Of a stretch of DNA of 64,000 nucleotides, positions 1 to 50,820 are shown piece by piece. The stretch is from assembly GCA_012295275.1 (NCBI GenBank), contig CM022668.1:6448001-6512000 (forward strand), written 5' to 3'. Each line of letters begins with the position of its first letter. Position 1 is the stretch's first letter. Origin of the DNA: Chrysomallon squamiferum (taxonomy: Eukaryota; Animalia; Mollusca). The position numbers were made by a program, and so were the translations under genes. The notes below the pieces were generated by a model that saw only the letters and a list, made by a program, of their open reading frames with translations, was not told where the DNA came from and did no database searches.

Positions 1-12
1 GAACAGCTACTA

Positions 13-35119
<35,107 letters not shown>

Positions 35120-37181
35120 TTTGAGAAACTACTCGGTGTTTTTATTACACATTTCTTAAGAAAGTTTCACTGTCATGCATATTAACGAAACATCGCATCA
35201 CACACTCCACCATCTTTGATGTTATTCATAATATTATCTATAAACCATTTCTGATTAGTACAAAAATATCATGATTAAAAATAATTTATTGAGAGCCGCA
35301 AAAATGAAATAAATTTTGGAAATCAATTAAGCCATGTCTGTTAAGAAAGTGCGAATAGTGCATTTCTGAAATATTTTTATAGATCGATATACCACATATG
35401 TTAATTAGACTATAGTATTTGTGTGGCGGAAATGAAATGCCGGCTTCTTAATTTTAGATACGGTTGTCTCCCTTCAAAAAAAGAAGAATGCGAATTGCTT
35501 TCACCCTAAATATTTTAATAATTTCTCATTCTTAAAAAAAGAATACAAATTTAATAAATCAGTTAGCACACTTAAGTCGATAATGTAAAAACATAATATA
35601 TTTGCGATGTAACACCATACAGTGTCACGGGAAATATGTTTTCTTAATTTTAAAATCGATATTATTTTTTTATTATTATTTTTTTTCTTTAGTTCCGTAT
35701 TTTTCTCTAAAATAATTCTGAGTAATAATTGAGTTGCTGATGAAAATCAAAATGCATATTGTGAAATGTTCAGGAAGAAATATATATTTTTTTATTATTT
35801 TAAAGCTCACAGCATTTTAAGTAATTCTGTCACGCATAAAATTTGATCAGCCATGTTGGAATTATAAATAAATTTATATAAAATGATTACATTAATTTAG
35901 AAGGAAAAAAGTTATCACTTTTTTATTTTATTTTATTATTTATTAATTTTAAATTTTTTTAAATTTCAATTTAATTTTTTATTTAATTTTTTATTTTTTT
36001 CTAATCAGTATTTTTACTGTTATGGCTGTTATTGTTGTTGTTGTTCTTCTATTTTAGTCCAGATTTTAAAAGAAAGAATGTATGTGTATGTATTGTTCGT
36101 TTGCATGCGTAAATGTGAGTATTTTGTGCACATGCGTGTAAGCTTAAGTTGCTAGTCTCCCTAGACAAAAAACGAACTTAACCGTATACATTTTTCTCAT
36201 ATCATTTATTCCGTATATTTAGTTTTTTAATTCCCACCCCCTATTCCTTAAAATTAAGCGAATTATCCACATCATCTAAACTTAATGGCATAATATTTGA
36301 ACACTTGAACACTACTTGAAAAAGTAGGAACATTTAAACATAAAATATTATTTGTGTTAACCAAGGGAGATTACTGTTAAAGTGTACGTGTGGCTTTGGA
36401 GCTGTTGTCGTTTCTTTTACCTTTATTATAAAACACCGTCACAGTCGTCCATAACAACGGAGCAGTCGATGTAGCTTCATCTTTTCCGGTAGTAATTTTT
36501 GATCTTCCTTTTCTTTCTTTCTTTCTTTCTTTCTTTTTATTTTATTTTATTATTATTTTTTTATTATTATTATTTTTTTGTTGTTGTTGTTGTTGTTGTT
36601 AATAAGTAGTTTATTTCATATTTTATCCTTCTTTTTTAATCACCGTCATTAATATAACTGCAAAGACACACAAACACGTTATATTATATTATTTTATTTT
36701 ATTTTATTTTATTTTATTTTTATTTTTATTTTTATTTTATGTTATTTCTCTTGTTTACCTGCTATAAAATATTCATTATTGATTAATCGCGAGGAAAATA
36801 ACTGTTGTGAGATCTGTCAAATTCGTCAGTTTTCGCCATTTTTGGGCAATTTTTATTAATGGAATGCTGAAATGCAGTGATAAAAATAAAAATCCATTTT
36901 GAAATGTTTATTCATTATATGCTGACAGTAGTTCATTAAAAAAAAATATATATATATATATTTTTTTTTTTTTTAAAGTATTAATATATAAAATGATACG
37001 GAAAAAATCGACACTTATCAGTTTTTTAATCCACACAGGTTTTTTCATCATTCATTTCAATTCAAATCAGATAATGCTGAAGCATCAGATATTGTGTAAC
37101 TTTCAAGCATATACCACACACACACACATTTTTTATTAAGCTGGTACGTATCTGTAATCTTCTCGTGAATGCCAGTGCTTG

Positions 37182-37239
<58 letters not shown>

Positions 37240-37579
37240 TCTTTCTCATCATTATATGTAACAAGATGCATCAATATAGTGTTTAAGTTTGGCTGAAACG
37301 AAAAAGTACATAAATAAATACAATGAATTAAACAACAACAATAATAATAATAATAATATATTTCTCTACTGCTACTTCTATTTACTACTATTACAATTAT
37401 TACAACAACAACTACACTACTACTACGACTAATAATAATAATAATAATAATAAATATTAATAACTCAATGAAAACATCCATATAATATTTCTGTCACGTC
37501 TCTCGCGGTTTGTTAATACGAATTCAAATCATAATATTATTATTTTTTACGAGAAAATAAAAAAATAAAAATCTCTAGA

Positions 37580-37792
37580 ATTGCCTACGTGCAAATGCGG
37601 TGTGGCCTCGCATCGATCCAAGTTCGGTATGGTCACGTGATTATGTGTTGACCTTGGTGAAAGAAATAACCGGCAACATGCCAGTACTCGAGTTTCCATT
37701 ACAGAGGTTCTTTCCGAGTGCACTCGGCGTTTGACACTTATCCTTCTAAAAACAACCCGGTGTTTAGGACTAACCTGCCCCAAGATATCAAG
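37580..37792 (+). promoter_or_regulatory. Candidate promoter and untranslated first exon (possibly of NAGS), containing an 18-codon uORF
   Basis: CpG-containing island in AT-rich context; GGTCACGTGA E-box at 37631-37640; strong donor AAG|GTAAGC after 37792; NAGS coding exon 1 has an acceptor and so needs an upstream exon. The link to NAGS is inference. Confidence 0.4.
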
Positions 37793-38459
37793 GTAAGCTG
37801 GCTGGGTTTTTTTTTTAAAGTTTTTTTTTTAAAATTAGAGATAATAAATATAAAAAAAAAATCTCACTGAATTTGATTTGTGACCTATGACGTTTGATTA
37901 AAAAACATATATTTAGAAGCAATTTTATTTTATTTAAAAACAAAATTTAAAAACAATTGTATTAAAATGAAAATTTAAAATAAAAATGAAGGAAAGCATG
38001 GACAGGAATATATTGATAAAGTTATGTAAATCATCTTGAAAATGTTTAAATAAACACAGGGTATTAAAAGATAATTTTACGTAAAGTCGAGCTTTCCTAA
38101 TTAATATTTATTTTTGCAGTTGATTTATTTATACTGAAAAATTACATTAGCACACTGTTCAGTTGACTGTATAATATCATTTTAAATATTTTTGAAAATA
38201 ATTATGAAATATATGTTTGTGCGTTTGGGTGAGTTTTCTTGTATTTATATATACATACATGATTGTATGTATATTTTTTATATATATATATATATGTGTG
38301 TGTGTGTACATATATGTATGTGTCTCTAATAACTAATAGTCATACAGTTATAATATATAAGGGGACACACACATACACATGCACGCACGCACACACATAT
38401 CTATCAGTCTATATATATATATAGATATTGATAGATAGATTTATCTTTAAAAGCTATTG

Positions 38460-38520
<61 letters not shown>

Positions 38521-38960
38521 TGTGTGTGTGTGTGTGTGTCTTTTAACCGTATTAATTTCTTGGTTACCTGTGACGTAATTAACTTCTTATTTTAGATACG
38601 CAGAACAAATTTATCTCTGGAAAAATATTAGTAGTTAAATAAAATGAAACATGCACAGATATACGTATGTTTATACAAGCAAACACACAGCATAACTGAT
38701 TATATAATTATATTGAGATCAGATGTACCTAGAGGGATAAAAACATAGAGCACAGTTAATTTGTTTTGGGTTTTTTTAATAATAAAGGAAAAAGTAATAT
38801 TAAGACGAATAAATATTGTGTGTAAGTTTTCCTTTGAAATATTGTGATGTAATACCTTGCAAAACAAATCCACCAAAAATGATAGTTTGATACTTATACG
38901 CAATTACATAATCTTTAGCGATGAACTATGAAATAAACGCTGCTTATATTAAGTAAATTC

Positions 38961-39029
<69 letters not shown>

Positions 39030-40593
39030 TCTCACACACACACACACACACACAAACACAAACACACACAGGGAAATACCACAAAAAAAGAAACACAGGC
39101 ACACATTCACACACATATACGTACAGACAAATTTCGATATTCTAATTATTATTACTTGTATTAAAAAAATATTAATGAATAAATAAATATGTGTTTTGCT
39201 ATGTTAATCGCTTTATTTATATATATGTATACAATCACAGAATATGGTCTATCTTAGGTTTCAGTAATCTTAGTTACTATAATCAATAATGCTTGGAACC
39301 TTTGACAAGCAATATTTTTTAATCAAGAAATCTCTGTTCCTAATATTTTCAAGATTTCTGAGGTTAGGAAGCAATAATGAGAATAGATTTTGATTTAAAA
39401 TGAAATAAAGTAAAATGAAATAAAGTAAAATAAAATAAAATAAAGAAATAAATAATAATAAATAAATAAAAAGAAACAATATACATATGTGAAACACATA
39501 TCAAACGTATACGCATAAGTATATATATACAGATACGAAAAATACGTGCGTACGTACACACCCAGACACACGCCCCCACATACAACACATAATAAATATC
39601 AAATATCAAATATCATGTATGCATGCATCCATCCATCCATTATAAACATACGCATACAAACACAAACACACATACACATACACACAAAATAAAATTTAAA
39701 AAAAAGATAACAAGGAAAGAAAAATTAATAAAGAACAAATTAAATTAATAAATTAATAAATAACAAAACAACAAAACAAAGAAAAACACATGAAACAAAC
39801 AAAATGTTAAATTGAAAGTAACAGATTGCTATTTATCATAACGATGTATGGAACAACTTATCATGTAACCAGCTTTAACATAATCAAATGTAAAAATATT
39901 CAAACATACGTTCGTTACATTCATTACGTACATAAATTATGCTGATTTGTAGCCACAAAATAAACAAAAGTTCACCTCAGTGTGAAAAGGTGAACCGATT
40001 AAAATAGGCGCCGATCTAGATCTTAGAAAAGGGAGGGGTGCGTTATATCTCTGTGCTGATTTCATTTTCGAAATAAAACGAGGCTTATTATTAAGAATAT
40101 ATATATATATATACCCTATATCCGCCCGTAGTATATTGTAAAAGAATGTTTGAGTGACGATGCTTGTGTTATGCGTTAACATTTGCTGTTAACATGTGGA
40201 AATGCCTTGCACAGCTGTGGATGTTACCTTGTTTGTGTTTGTTCGTCTGCATGTTTGTTTGGTATGTGTGTGTGTATATATATATATATAATGGAACTTC
40301 TCATAACAGAACATCATTCAGGATCAAGCAATGAGTTTGGCTTGGAGAAGTGACTGGTTTACTGAGGTTTAACATTTAGTTGTTTTAATAATTCGCAGTA
40401 TATGCATAATGGTTGTAATCGTTAGCATATTTTGTGTGTGTGTCTGTTTGTTTTTTGTTATTATTATTATTGTTTTTTGTTATTATTATTATTGTTTTTC
40501 TTGTATGTTTATGAGATGAGGTAGTTAGAATAACTGACAGTGTAAAAGCGAATTTTAAGCGTTATTGTGTCAGTATGTGTTGTACTCACGTAT

Positions 40594-40624
<31 letters not shown>

Positions 40625-40805
40625 TACAAATGAATGTGTGTAAATACGTATGCAAGTTACTGCATCGATCAACACTTTGACATTTTCACTCGAACATTTA
40701 TAATTTATGTAGTAAACGAAAACGCGGCATTGTGAAATATGATCTTTAAGTAAACATCTATAAACTTATTTCACAGTATGATACATACATTTATCATGAT
40801 ACAAC

Positions 40806-40849
<44 letters not shown>

Positions 40850-43083
40850 AAAAAAAAAACATAAAAAAAAAAATTAAATAAAAAAAAAAAATTAAATGAA
40901 ATAAAATAAAATTCTGGAATATAAAATTAGTAACAAATAATGAAAATCTTTAGCATCTTGAAGAAAAAAGGAAAATAAATAAAAATAAAACTGGTGGACA
41001 AACTACCCTTCAGTGCCCTCGTTAACCAAAAATAATAATAATAATAGAAAGAGACCCATCCGTTGAACAAGTTGGGAGTGAGCGTAACCTGTTAAATGAG
41101 TCCACGAACAGTATCGAAGAATGTAACTTTTGTTATATTCACACAGGCCTAGCGGAAAACAGGGTTTGGTCAACAAATAGAAGAAATAATAAATGACATC
41201 GAGGCATACGATAGACACCAGTGATCTAGGTCAGCAATGTTGCCCCAGTTTATGAGTACTGATAATTTTTTTAGTAAAACTACATCTTTGTAAAGATGTC
41301 GGAATTTGCCGTCTGCTACTAAAAACACGGCGAAATTAGCCGAAGCGTTCGGATTTTTGCCGTGGTATTTAAGGATTCGGATTACTCCAGCATAAAAATA
41401 GTAATAATATATTAGGCACCGTATATTTTAATTAATTAATTCTAATTAGTTTGTTTGTTTGTTTGTGGAGTGGTAGTTCAAAGGGTACATCGGCCCATCC
41501 CATATGCTATTTCATATAAAATAAAGGAAGTTTATTGTGATATGTAGTTAATGATAAATTGTTTCCTTGTAGCGTCCTGAAAAAAAAAAAAAAAAAAAAG
41601 AATGAATGACTGCTGGTTTTCTTCTGTTGTATATATTATATATTTTTTTTTTTAAATTAAATGTAATGTACATTTTATTTAAATTCACTTTGATTCGCGC
41701 CAACTTGCAAAAAAGCTTGCATGCAGACGTCTAATGAGATCGCGCGATGTGATATTTCCGTACTATCTTATTATCGGGATTTCATTTCTTTCGCATAAAC
41801 AAGGAATCTAAACCATCAGTGACTGAACCTTAGAGTTTCTGTCAAGAATTTTTACCAGATAAATAAAGACATCATTAACGATTATTTGTTTAAAATGTCT
41901 GCACTTAAAGAAAGCATAATCAGGATGTCTGATTCTTATTTTTGTTCTTATTCGTTGATTTGTTGCTAAAGTTTAATCACAGAAGCAATCGTTTATTTAT
42001 TTGTTTTTTTTATTTATTTTTGCATTAAAAAGCGTATTCATTATTCTTCCTTTTAACTTTTGTACATATTCTCAGTTTACATTATTTTACTGGTTTGGGC
42101 AGCGGATCATAACAAAGTGTAACAATAAAAGAATAATGTTACATTTGAATGCCGCCATTTTAACCCTTTAACACTGAACTCATGACGCGTAGCTATGGTT
42201 TCATTTTCTAACTCTAGTAACTAGACACTTGAGAGTAAATCGATTCGCAATGATGTTTCCATTTTTTAAACTGCACGTTTATTCTTTTTTAGTTAAATAA
42301 ATCAAATGAAATAAAATATAATAAAAAAAAAAAAAAAAAAAATAAATAATAATAATAATAATAATAATAATAGATACAAAAATAAAAAATAAAACAAAAC
42401 GTAGATGTATGAAGAATATAATTTAGATTATATATTGTATATATGTGTTTGCGAGACATGTAGCAAAACACAGCATAGGCCCCTACTACTGGCTAGTCGT
42501 AAAAATATACGCCCCCCTCAACCCACGCCCACCATTATCACAGCTTTACATACAACATAAACAAACCTTAATGTTGAACAATCGGTCAAAGGTATTGTCG
42601 AAACAACAACAACAACAAAAAATCATGCCAACAATATTAAAAACTAGTGCAAATGCTATTAAACTATAATGCAACTGCATGTATGCCCCGAAAATGTGGG
42701 TCAAAGTTTAGGCCGGGGGGAAAGTGTGCTTCAGGATCCAATTAAGTTATGTATCGCGCTTTCGAGATTTTATAGGAGCAAAGTCTTTTATAATGGAAGT
42801 AGTGTCATCAGTTCTCAACAACTCGCATTGAATGCTCATCAACGTCAGCATATTTGAACGTTTTTCTCCCATCGTCGTTCTTTGTGCAATTTGTATGCGG
42901 CGCAGTTTAGAAAACGAACTGTGTGCAGTTTATAACCATCATATACACAAATATAGGCATAGCATTATTTCATTATTTTGAAAACGTGAATGCATGTTGT
43001 GTTATCTCAGATGAGACGGTACATATGCAGCTACCAGCATTTTGATTTTAAAAGAAAAAAAGAAGAAGAAGAAAGTCGGGTGA

Positions 43084-43152
43084 TTCGAGGGGCCTTGAAA
43101 CCGCGGGGGCCGTAGCATTTCCTACGTCTGCTTTGAGGTTAATCCGGCACTG
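43084..43152 (-). mobile_element. Possible terminal fragment of a non-autonomous DNA transposon (hAT-like end)
   Basis: GC-rich block whose reverse complement starts CAGTGCCGGATTAACC...GGCCCCCGCGG...GGCCCC, resembling hAT-Tip100/MER45-type termini from memory; partner end and target-site duplication not found. Confidence 0.35.
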
Positions 43153-43483
43153 TGTGTATGTATAATGTACATGTGTATCTGTATATATATGTGTGTGTGT
43201 GTGTGGTGTGTGTATTTGTGTGTGTTGTTGTTGTATGAGTGTGTGTGTGTGTGTTTGTATTTGTGCAAGTATGTCGTATGACCGTAAATAGCATTTGCAT
43301 ATGTATGTTCAAAATGTACGTATATGTATTTGTTTATATATACGTACGTACCTTTTTCTATTTTGTGTATGTGTGTTTATATACATTGTCTCTCTGTATT
43401 TGTGTAAATGTAACTCTACATTTGTGTTTGTGTGTATGCGTGTCTGTGTGCATGTCTCTTCGTATGTGCTGTGACTGTGTATA

Positions 43484-43529
<46 letters not shown>

Positions 43530-46500
43530 GTGGAACTTATATACCTTTTTCAATTGTCAGTATGTATGTTGTGTTTGTAAATATATAATACATAATGTAT
43601 GCTTCTTCCTTTGGATGTTTGTGACTCTATACATGTATGTGTTTATACACAGCTATGTCATGAATTCCATTATGGGTGGCAAGCCAAGTTCTCAGCAGTT
43701 GTTCCTTCTTTGTTTCCGTATTTAGGATTATCTTGTCGATGTAGTTCTTTCCATTTGTTGCTTCTTCTTTTTATGGTTATTCTGTTTAGGTTTCAATAAA
43801 GATTTACGCAAGACACTAAATATCTAGGCCTAAACATTTTTCAAAAGTTCCATTCTTGAAGCAATAATACGTTGGTGGGTTGTTTTTTTTGAGTAGTTCT
43901 CTATTCAGTTTTGTCTCCTTTTGTTAATCGTTATTATTATGGAAATGTGGTTCAGAATTTCAACTGCAGCTGTTGGTCCCAAACATGTTTAAACCTTGAC
44001 ATCAAGCTATTTATTCCAGGCATATGATGTCATTCAGTTGATTAGACTAATTAATTGTATTTCATGATTAATATATATACATACATATATTTATCCTAAA
44101 TATAACGTTTGGATTGCATTTATGCTGTTTTTAGTGAGTAAAATTCAGTTTTGTTAGAAATATAAATATAACATTATTTCCATATTAACAGAAAAACAAT
44201 GCTAAATTTCATGAATATGTATATGTATGTATGTATATAAATAAAACCAGTGTTCAGCAACACTTCGTCGACAAATATTACACATTTAAAACTGATATAA
44301 TAGTTATTACAGACTAAATTTGGGACAGAACCTTGAAATCGCTATTTGTCATATACCATCTTAAAAAAAAACAACAACAACAACAACAAATAAAAAATAA
44401 AATAAAACGCAAACAAACACAGTAAATAAACAAATAAATAAATAAAATAAATAACAGCAGCAACCACATCAAGAAGCAGTATAATTTAACTTTGTTTAAA
44501 GCATCAGAAGATCGTAGTAGTATTAGTAGTTGTTGTTTTATGGTAATAGTGATGCTAGTGGAGGCAAACGTATATGGTAGTAGTAGTAGTAGTAGTAGTG
44601 GTAGCAGCAGCAGTAGCAGTTGTAAAAGAGTTGATTTTTTCATGGCTAGATCGGGTTTCTTCCTTTAATAATTCAGCAATCCTTGATATGTAAATGAAGC
44701 AATATGAGCGTAGATAATAAATGGATTTAGTGGGTCAGTAAATGACACACTTATTTTTTTTCTTTAAAAAAAAAATACTGAAGCACTTTTGTATCACAAT
44801 AGAAAGAAAATATTTTATGCACCAATGGAAAAATACTGTCGCAAACAACCATTAAACTGACACAGCCTCTTAGCCATTATTATTATAACTAACCTCATCA
44901 CCTGTTTCAAACATACAAACACCCTGGTGCGCTTCATATACACCTGTTCTTCTGTCCGGATTTGAAGCCATTCTCTATCTGAAAACGAGGGTTTATGCTA
45001 GAGTTGTGCATTTCAAAAGCGACAGATCTCTGTAATTATGACAATAATAACTAAGTCTTTATTATTATCCGTAACGCGATAAATGCACGTAAATCTGAAG
45101 TATACATTAAATGTCAGTTTATGAATTTGCGATAAATGTACTTATAATAACAGTTAAAAAATATATAATAAAAATTAATAATATTAAATTAAATTAAATT
45201 AAAATACAGTAAATTAAGACTCTGTTCCCAGTGGAGGTACTGAAATTATTTCTCCACTAGTTTATCCTGTAAGTTTCAAAAAAAAAAAAAAAAAAAAAAA
45301 ATGTTCTTACGAGTTAGCAAACTATTCATAATTATGGTTGTCTGATTGTTTTTCTGTTTCTTTTATTTTCTGAAAAATATGGAATTGTTCTTAATATTTT
45401 CGTTATGTGAGAATGCTGATTTAATCATTTTGGAATTAAATATCAGTTTCCTAGCAACAAGTCCTTCAGAGAGAAATGGGCTCGTCCATATTTTTGTTTT
45501 GCCCTAACCGGAAACCAGAGCTAACTAGTCATGGAGGCGTAGAGATATAGTACTGAATACGCAGTTTTCGATATAAATAGGTCTACGTCATTGCAGAGTA
45601 CACTTCATATATGTTCAGAAACTATTTGCGGTTACTTTCCTTTTTGTTTTTATTCGAAATTTTTCCCCCTCCCTTTCGAGTTGAACATTCAATGCCAGCG
45701 CTTTGACAAGATTTTGAATGCTGGCTTCCCTACAGAGAGAACCAGTCGACATCGTATCTCGATAATTTTCGGAATTTTGACATGTTGAGCCTCTGACAGA
45801 TGTTAATGAACTGTTAAAGAATATTGTTAAATGTTGTTAATTTGTACCAGGGGCAGCAGCTGGCTAAAACTAAAAGTAACAGTACTTGTCAGTGTAGTCG
45901 TAGTAGTCGTAGCAGTCGTATAGGTGGCAGTAATTGCAGTAATGTAGTGGTAGTAATAATAATAACAGCAGTAACAGTAGTCAAATGAGTAGTGGTAGGT
46001 GTTGTAATAGTTGTTGTAGTCGTAGTAGTGTATTAGTTGTAATAATTACAGTAGTAGAAAAAAAGAAGTAGTAGTAGTAGTAGTTGTTGTCGTAACAGTG
46101 TATTAGCAGTAATAATAGTGGTAGTATCTTTAGAAGTAATGATCGAAGTTGCAGTAACGAGCAACGACAGTAATAATAAAATATTGCTCCGATGGATTAG
46201 TCATATTCTTTATAAACCTTGTATTAATATATTATAAACCTTGTATTAATATATTAATTAATATAAACCTTGAATTATTTTTTTCTGTATTATTTTTCTG
46301 TACACACTCACATATTCACATGCAGACATACATACATTCATAGATCAATTATAAAATAATATATCAGACTATCCCTCTGTCCAGTTGATACATATTATTA
46401 TCTTGGTAAAAAAAAAAAATAATAATAAAAATAAATAAAAAATAAAATAAAATAAAATTAAATTAACATCTGAGATAATAATTCATGCATTTACTACTTT

Positions 46501-46599
46501 TCACGCTCCTGAATTAGTGAATTAATTATGAAATAAAAAAATTACCAGCTGTCTGTATTACACAAACAATTAAATATTGTTGTGAACCTCAGACAGGTG

Positions 46600-49500
46600 A
46601 TGGAAATTAAGTCCACACACAAACCGCCATTTATTGCGATGACGTAATCACCCGCCCCCCCCCGATGGTCCTAGATGACGTCTTCACTGAATAATAATTC
46701 AACACCATGTCAAGAAGCCTCGGGCGATAACATTGTTTTACGTATAGTTAAAAATAATAATTACGAAATGTTTTATAACTTTTATAATTATTTTGCAACA
46801 GTCTGGGATTTCATGCACCAGTAATCACCTTAGACCAGCACCGGAGTATTGTGAATTTTAAATAAACGTGACCTAACAATGACACGCTGATCTGACAGTG
46901 ACAAGGTGACTTTGACGCTCTTATGGCCTACTTTGACCTCAAAAATATAATACGTGACAGAGACACGTTTTAAAAGTCCGGGATACCCGGAAGTGATTTC
47001 ATGAACTAAATACTACTCTGACATTAACCAAAAAATCATTTACACATCATAAATTATTTCAGAAATTAATTAAATAATGACCTTAAATGATAAAAGCCTA
47101 TAATTAATTTGGTTTTGTGAAACTACTGCTGACCAAAATAATTTAAAGATATTATTCAAGAAATACTAGCAGTAATACTAAAATTACGTCATTAAATCAC
47201 TAGTGACTTGTATTGAATTATAAAAAATCACCATTTTACGAAATATATTAATGAAATAGTTTAAGATCAGAAACGACATCTGGAATTTCTGCTGACATAG
47301 GCAGGAGAGTACATACCACGGCCATTTTACCCTTTTACAAATCCAGCCGTGACGTCATAGCTTGTACGGCAAACATATAAAGCTGTACTCAAAACCAGAA
47401 GAAACTTTTTAGTAAATCAGTCCTCCGCTGTACGCAGAATCGTATATACCGTGACTTTTATTTTAATATAATTATCAATAACCCTATCACTGGGTAGGAA
47501 CGGGAAATATTCCAGTGACCGCATTTAGGACAGTTGCATCCTTAACGCTTCTATAACTTAAATAAACTGTGATACTTTTTGCAGAGCTTTTCACACTGTG
47601 CTTTGACTAATTTTAATTTTGGATTTTTTATATAGAAAATATTCACAATTTTGCTATATTTAACTTAGTTTGACACCCAATTGCCGATACTTTTTTTTTT
47701 TTTTTTTTTTTACATGTCGTTAAACATTCATTCATTCATTCATTCACACTTCTGGCTGAATCCTTAATTGATTGATGTACAGCGGGGAAATGAACAGCGA
47801 CATACTTTGTTGATAAGAATAAATCGTTGCACACACTAACACAAGATTGACGTGTTCACGTAATGATGCGACGTCATCGACAACACAACCTACGTGGCCA
47901 CTGCGTTGTGTTTGCCATTTTATTATTAAACAAAAATAACATTTACGGCTGAATTATTGATACTCAACATAAGGAATATATAACGCGTTCAAACAATTGA
48001 CTTTTGAACAAAATAGGTTTTAAAAAGAAGCATTTGTTGACAAATTTTCGAAGATTTTAACGCTGTTACAGGATCAGTTTGTATAATGATAATGAATGGC
48101 AGTATTCTTTTGTGTATAACGTTTAATTCAAGATCCCTGCTGTTACAATTATAATTGTATCTAAATGCAGAATATTGTGGTCTTTAATCTACACGGGTCG
48201 TTAAATATTGGCATAAATTAATTTTTACTGTTGTTGTCTATATTTCGATACTCGACTAAATATACACACACGATAATCTTAGCAAATCCGTTAATCCTGG
48301 ATTAAGTAGGCCGGTAACCTTAGTTACAGGACAGAACAAACTGAAACTGATTATATTTTTTGTCCTTTTGGTATAAAAATAACTTTGTCAGCGAGCTGCC
48401 AGACAAACTGACTGGAAACCTTTGGTTGATACGCTTATTTTGGATACCGTATTAAGAAACAATAGTATTCAAAAAGACGATCGAGTAACAATCGGATTTT
48501 CTTCGTCTGTTGCAGCAGACGAACTGAAGTAGTAGTTTAGAGGTAAGAAAAGCTAGTTTTAATAAATTACGATAATTATACTCTTGACATTATTTTGTTT
48601 TTGTTAGAATGGAATTATGTAAATAGTTCTCGCTGCCTTTCTTTAATATCCTCAGTACCTTGTAAAAACGCATATATGCGTGTGTATTTATAAATGTGTG
48701 TGTTTCTGTAATAAAGATATTTAAAGATACAGAGACTAACGATAAAAGAATAAAAACTGAGAGAGAGAAAAAACTGAATGTTTGTGTGGCAGCTCGCCTC
48801 TGTATTATGATCTGTTTTTCTGCAGCCAATGATGCATTTAAAAACATGATTAATTCTCCAGTAAACCTGATTATTAATACGACCTTATGGTTTGTCTGAC
48901 AACAGATCAGACGTGACATTTTGTTATGACTAATTTCCACCCATTAAGGCTGTCGCATTAAGCGATAATCCCTGCGTATATTATCACTAGAGGCTTTTAA
49001 ATCTACTATTATTCCGTTAAAAACCACTGAAGGAAAACTGCTTTTATGTCGCCCACCCGTGCGGTTAATATAAATAGCGCTAAATGTAAATATAATCACA
49101 GTGTTAAAATGCTGTTTCCAAAATACAAGTATTTGAACCATTAAGAAAACACACATAAAGTACCCTGCTCTACGATTGGGTTACGTTATAACCGAACAAA
49201 AGTAACTCGGAAAGGACGTTACCGTAAAAAAAAAAAAAAAATAAAAAAAAAATAAATAAAAAGTAGTTCCTTTCTTTCGAAGGGAAGATAACCCCTGTGG
49301 CTTCAATTAATCGTTTGGGAGACACTGGCAGGAACGGGAAATAAGCTCGGTGACGTGTGATCCTGCGATTGTTTTTAGTTTAATACGTGTTATATTTTGT
49401 GATTATACGAAATCTGTTGTATATATACATAATTTATTAGTCACGTTTCATCGTATCATATATACTGCGTTACATTTTAGTCTAGTATTTTGTTAAATGT

Positions 49501-49969
49501 CAGTGTAACCTGCACTAACTCTCAGGTATGAGTGTACTGCTATGACCTATTTTATCGTATACCAGACACGTCTTCTGTGATGTTCAGGTACGAGTGGCAT
49601 CTTACTTTAGCTTGACGTCACTTCAGAGACCTTTGTACAAAGGTCAATACAGAGTCATAGTCGCCATTTTGTTTGACGTCCAGATTAATTAAGTTATACA
49701 TATTAATTTTTCTTACTTGGATTGCATTATTAAGGCTGCATAATTATCTACGATAAAATGTGAAAGAATTAATTTACTAATTGATTTATTTAATTGGATT
49801 GTGTTATTAAGGCTGAACATGTAGGTTAAATATAAACTTTAAAACTGTATAAAATTTATATTTATTTATTCATAAATATTAAAATTTTATAATTTATAAA
49901 ATTTACATTTGTTTATTCATAAATATTAATATTTTATAATCCTTCATAATCGTTTATTATTTTATTTAC

Positions 49970-50040
<71 letters not shown>

Positions 50041-50748
50041 AATTGAAGATTTAGTTGAATATAATCAATCTAATTTTGGTAATTAATCTGAATCTTAATG
50101 CTGTTATTGATTTTTAAGTAATAAATTGTTGATAATTTAAGTAATTTCGTTGGACAGACATTAACTTGTTATTTTATTATTATTATTATTTTTTTTTTTT
50201 TTGGAGGCGTTAATACTTTAAAGAATCGAATCATCTGTGGATAATTACGTCTAGAAAATGAATAAAATAAGCTGAATCACTAACTGAAAACATTATGGAT
50301 TGATTTAAGCATTTATTTACTTTTTTCAAAAATAAGTCTCTCATGCTATTACACAAAGTTGTTTTGGAGAACGCCTGTAATGGGGCTATTTTATAATTGA
50401 TGTCGTCGTATATACAGAGCACTTAACTCGAATTTATATGGGACAGGGTTGGAACGGGTATTAACGCGTTGACATAACCAAGATGGTTTGTTGTACTGCA
50501 CATATTACTAAGATACGGGCGGTATTACTTTATTTTTTTTTTAAATGTTATTATTATTATTTTGTACATTTCTGAAACAGCGTAATATGTTTTCTATTCA
50601 TGTAATTATTGTGTTTGCTGGCGGGAAACAAAGTTAGTTACCGTGTTTGTGGAATGTCTCTATCGGCGGAAAGTGGTCGTCTGCACATTTGAGCGGGAAT
50701 ATTTCACAGATCTGTAGTGCCGGAAGCTAGCTTGAGGTTAACAACAAG

Positions 50749-50820
<72 letters not shown>

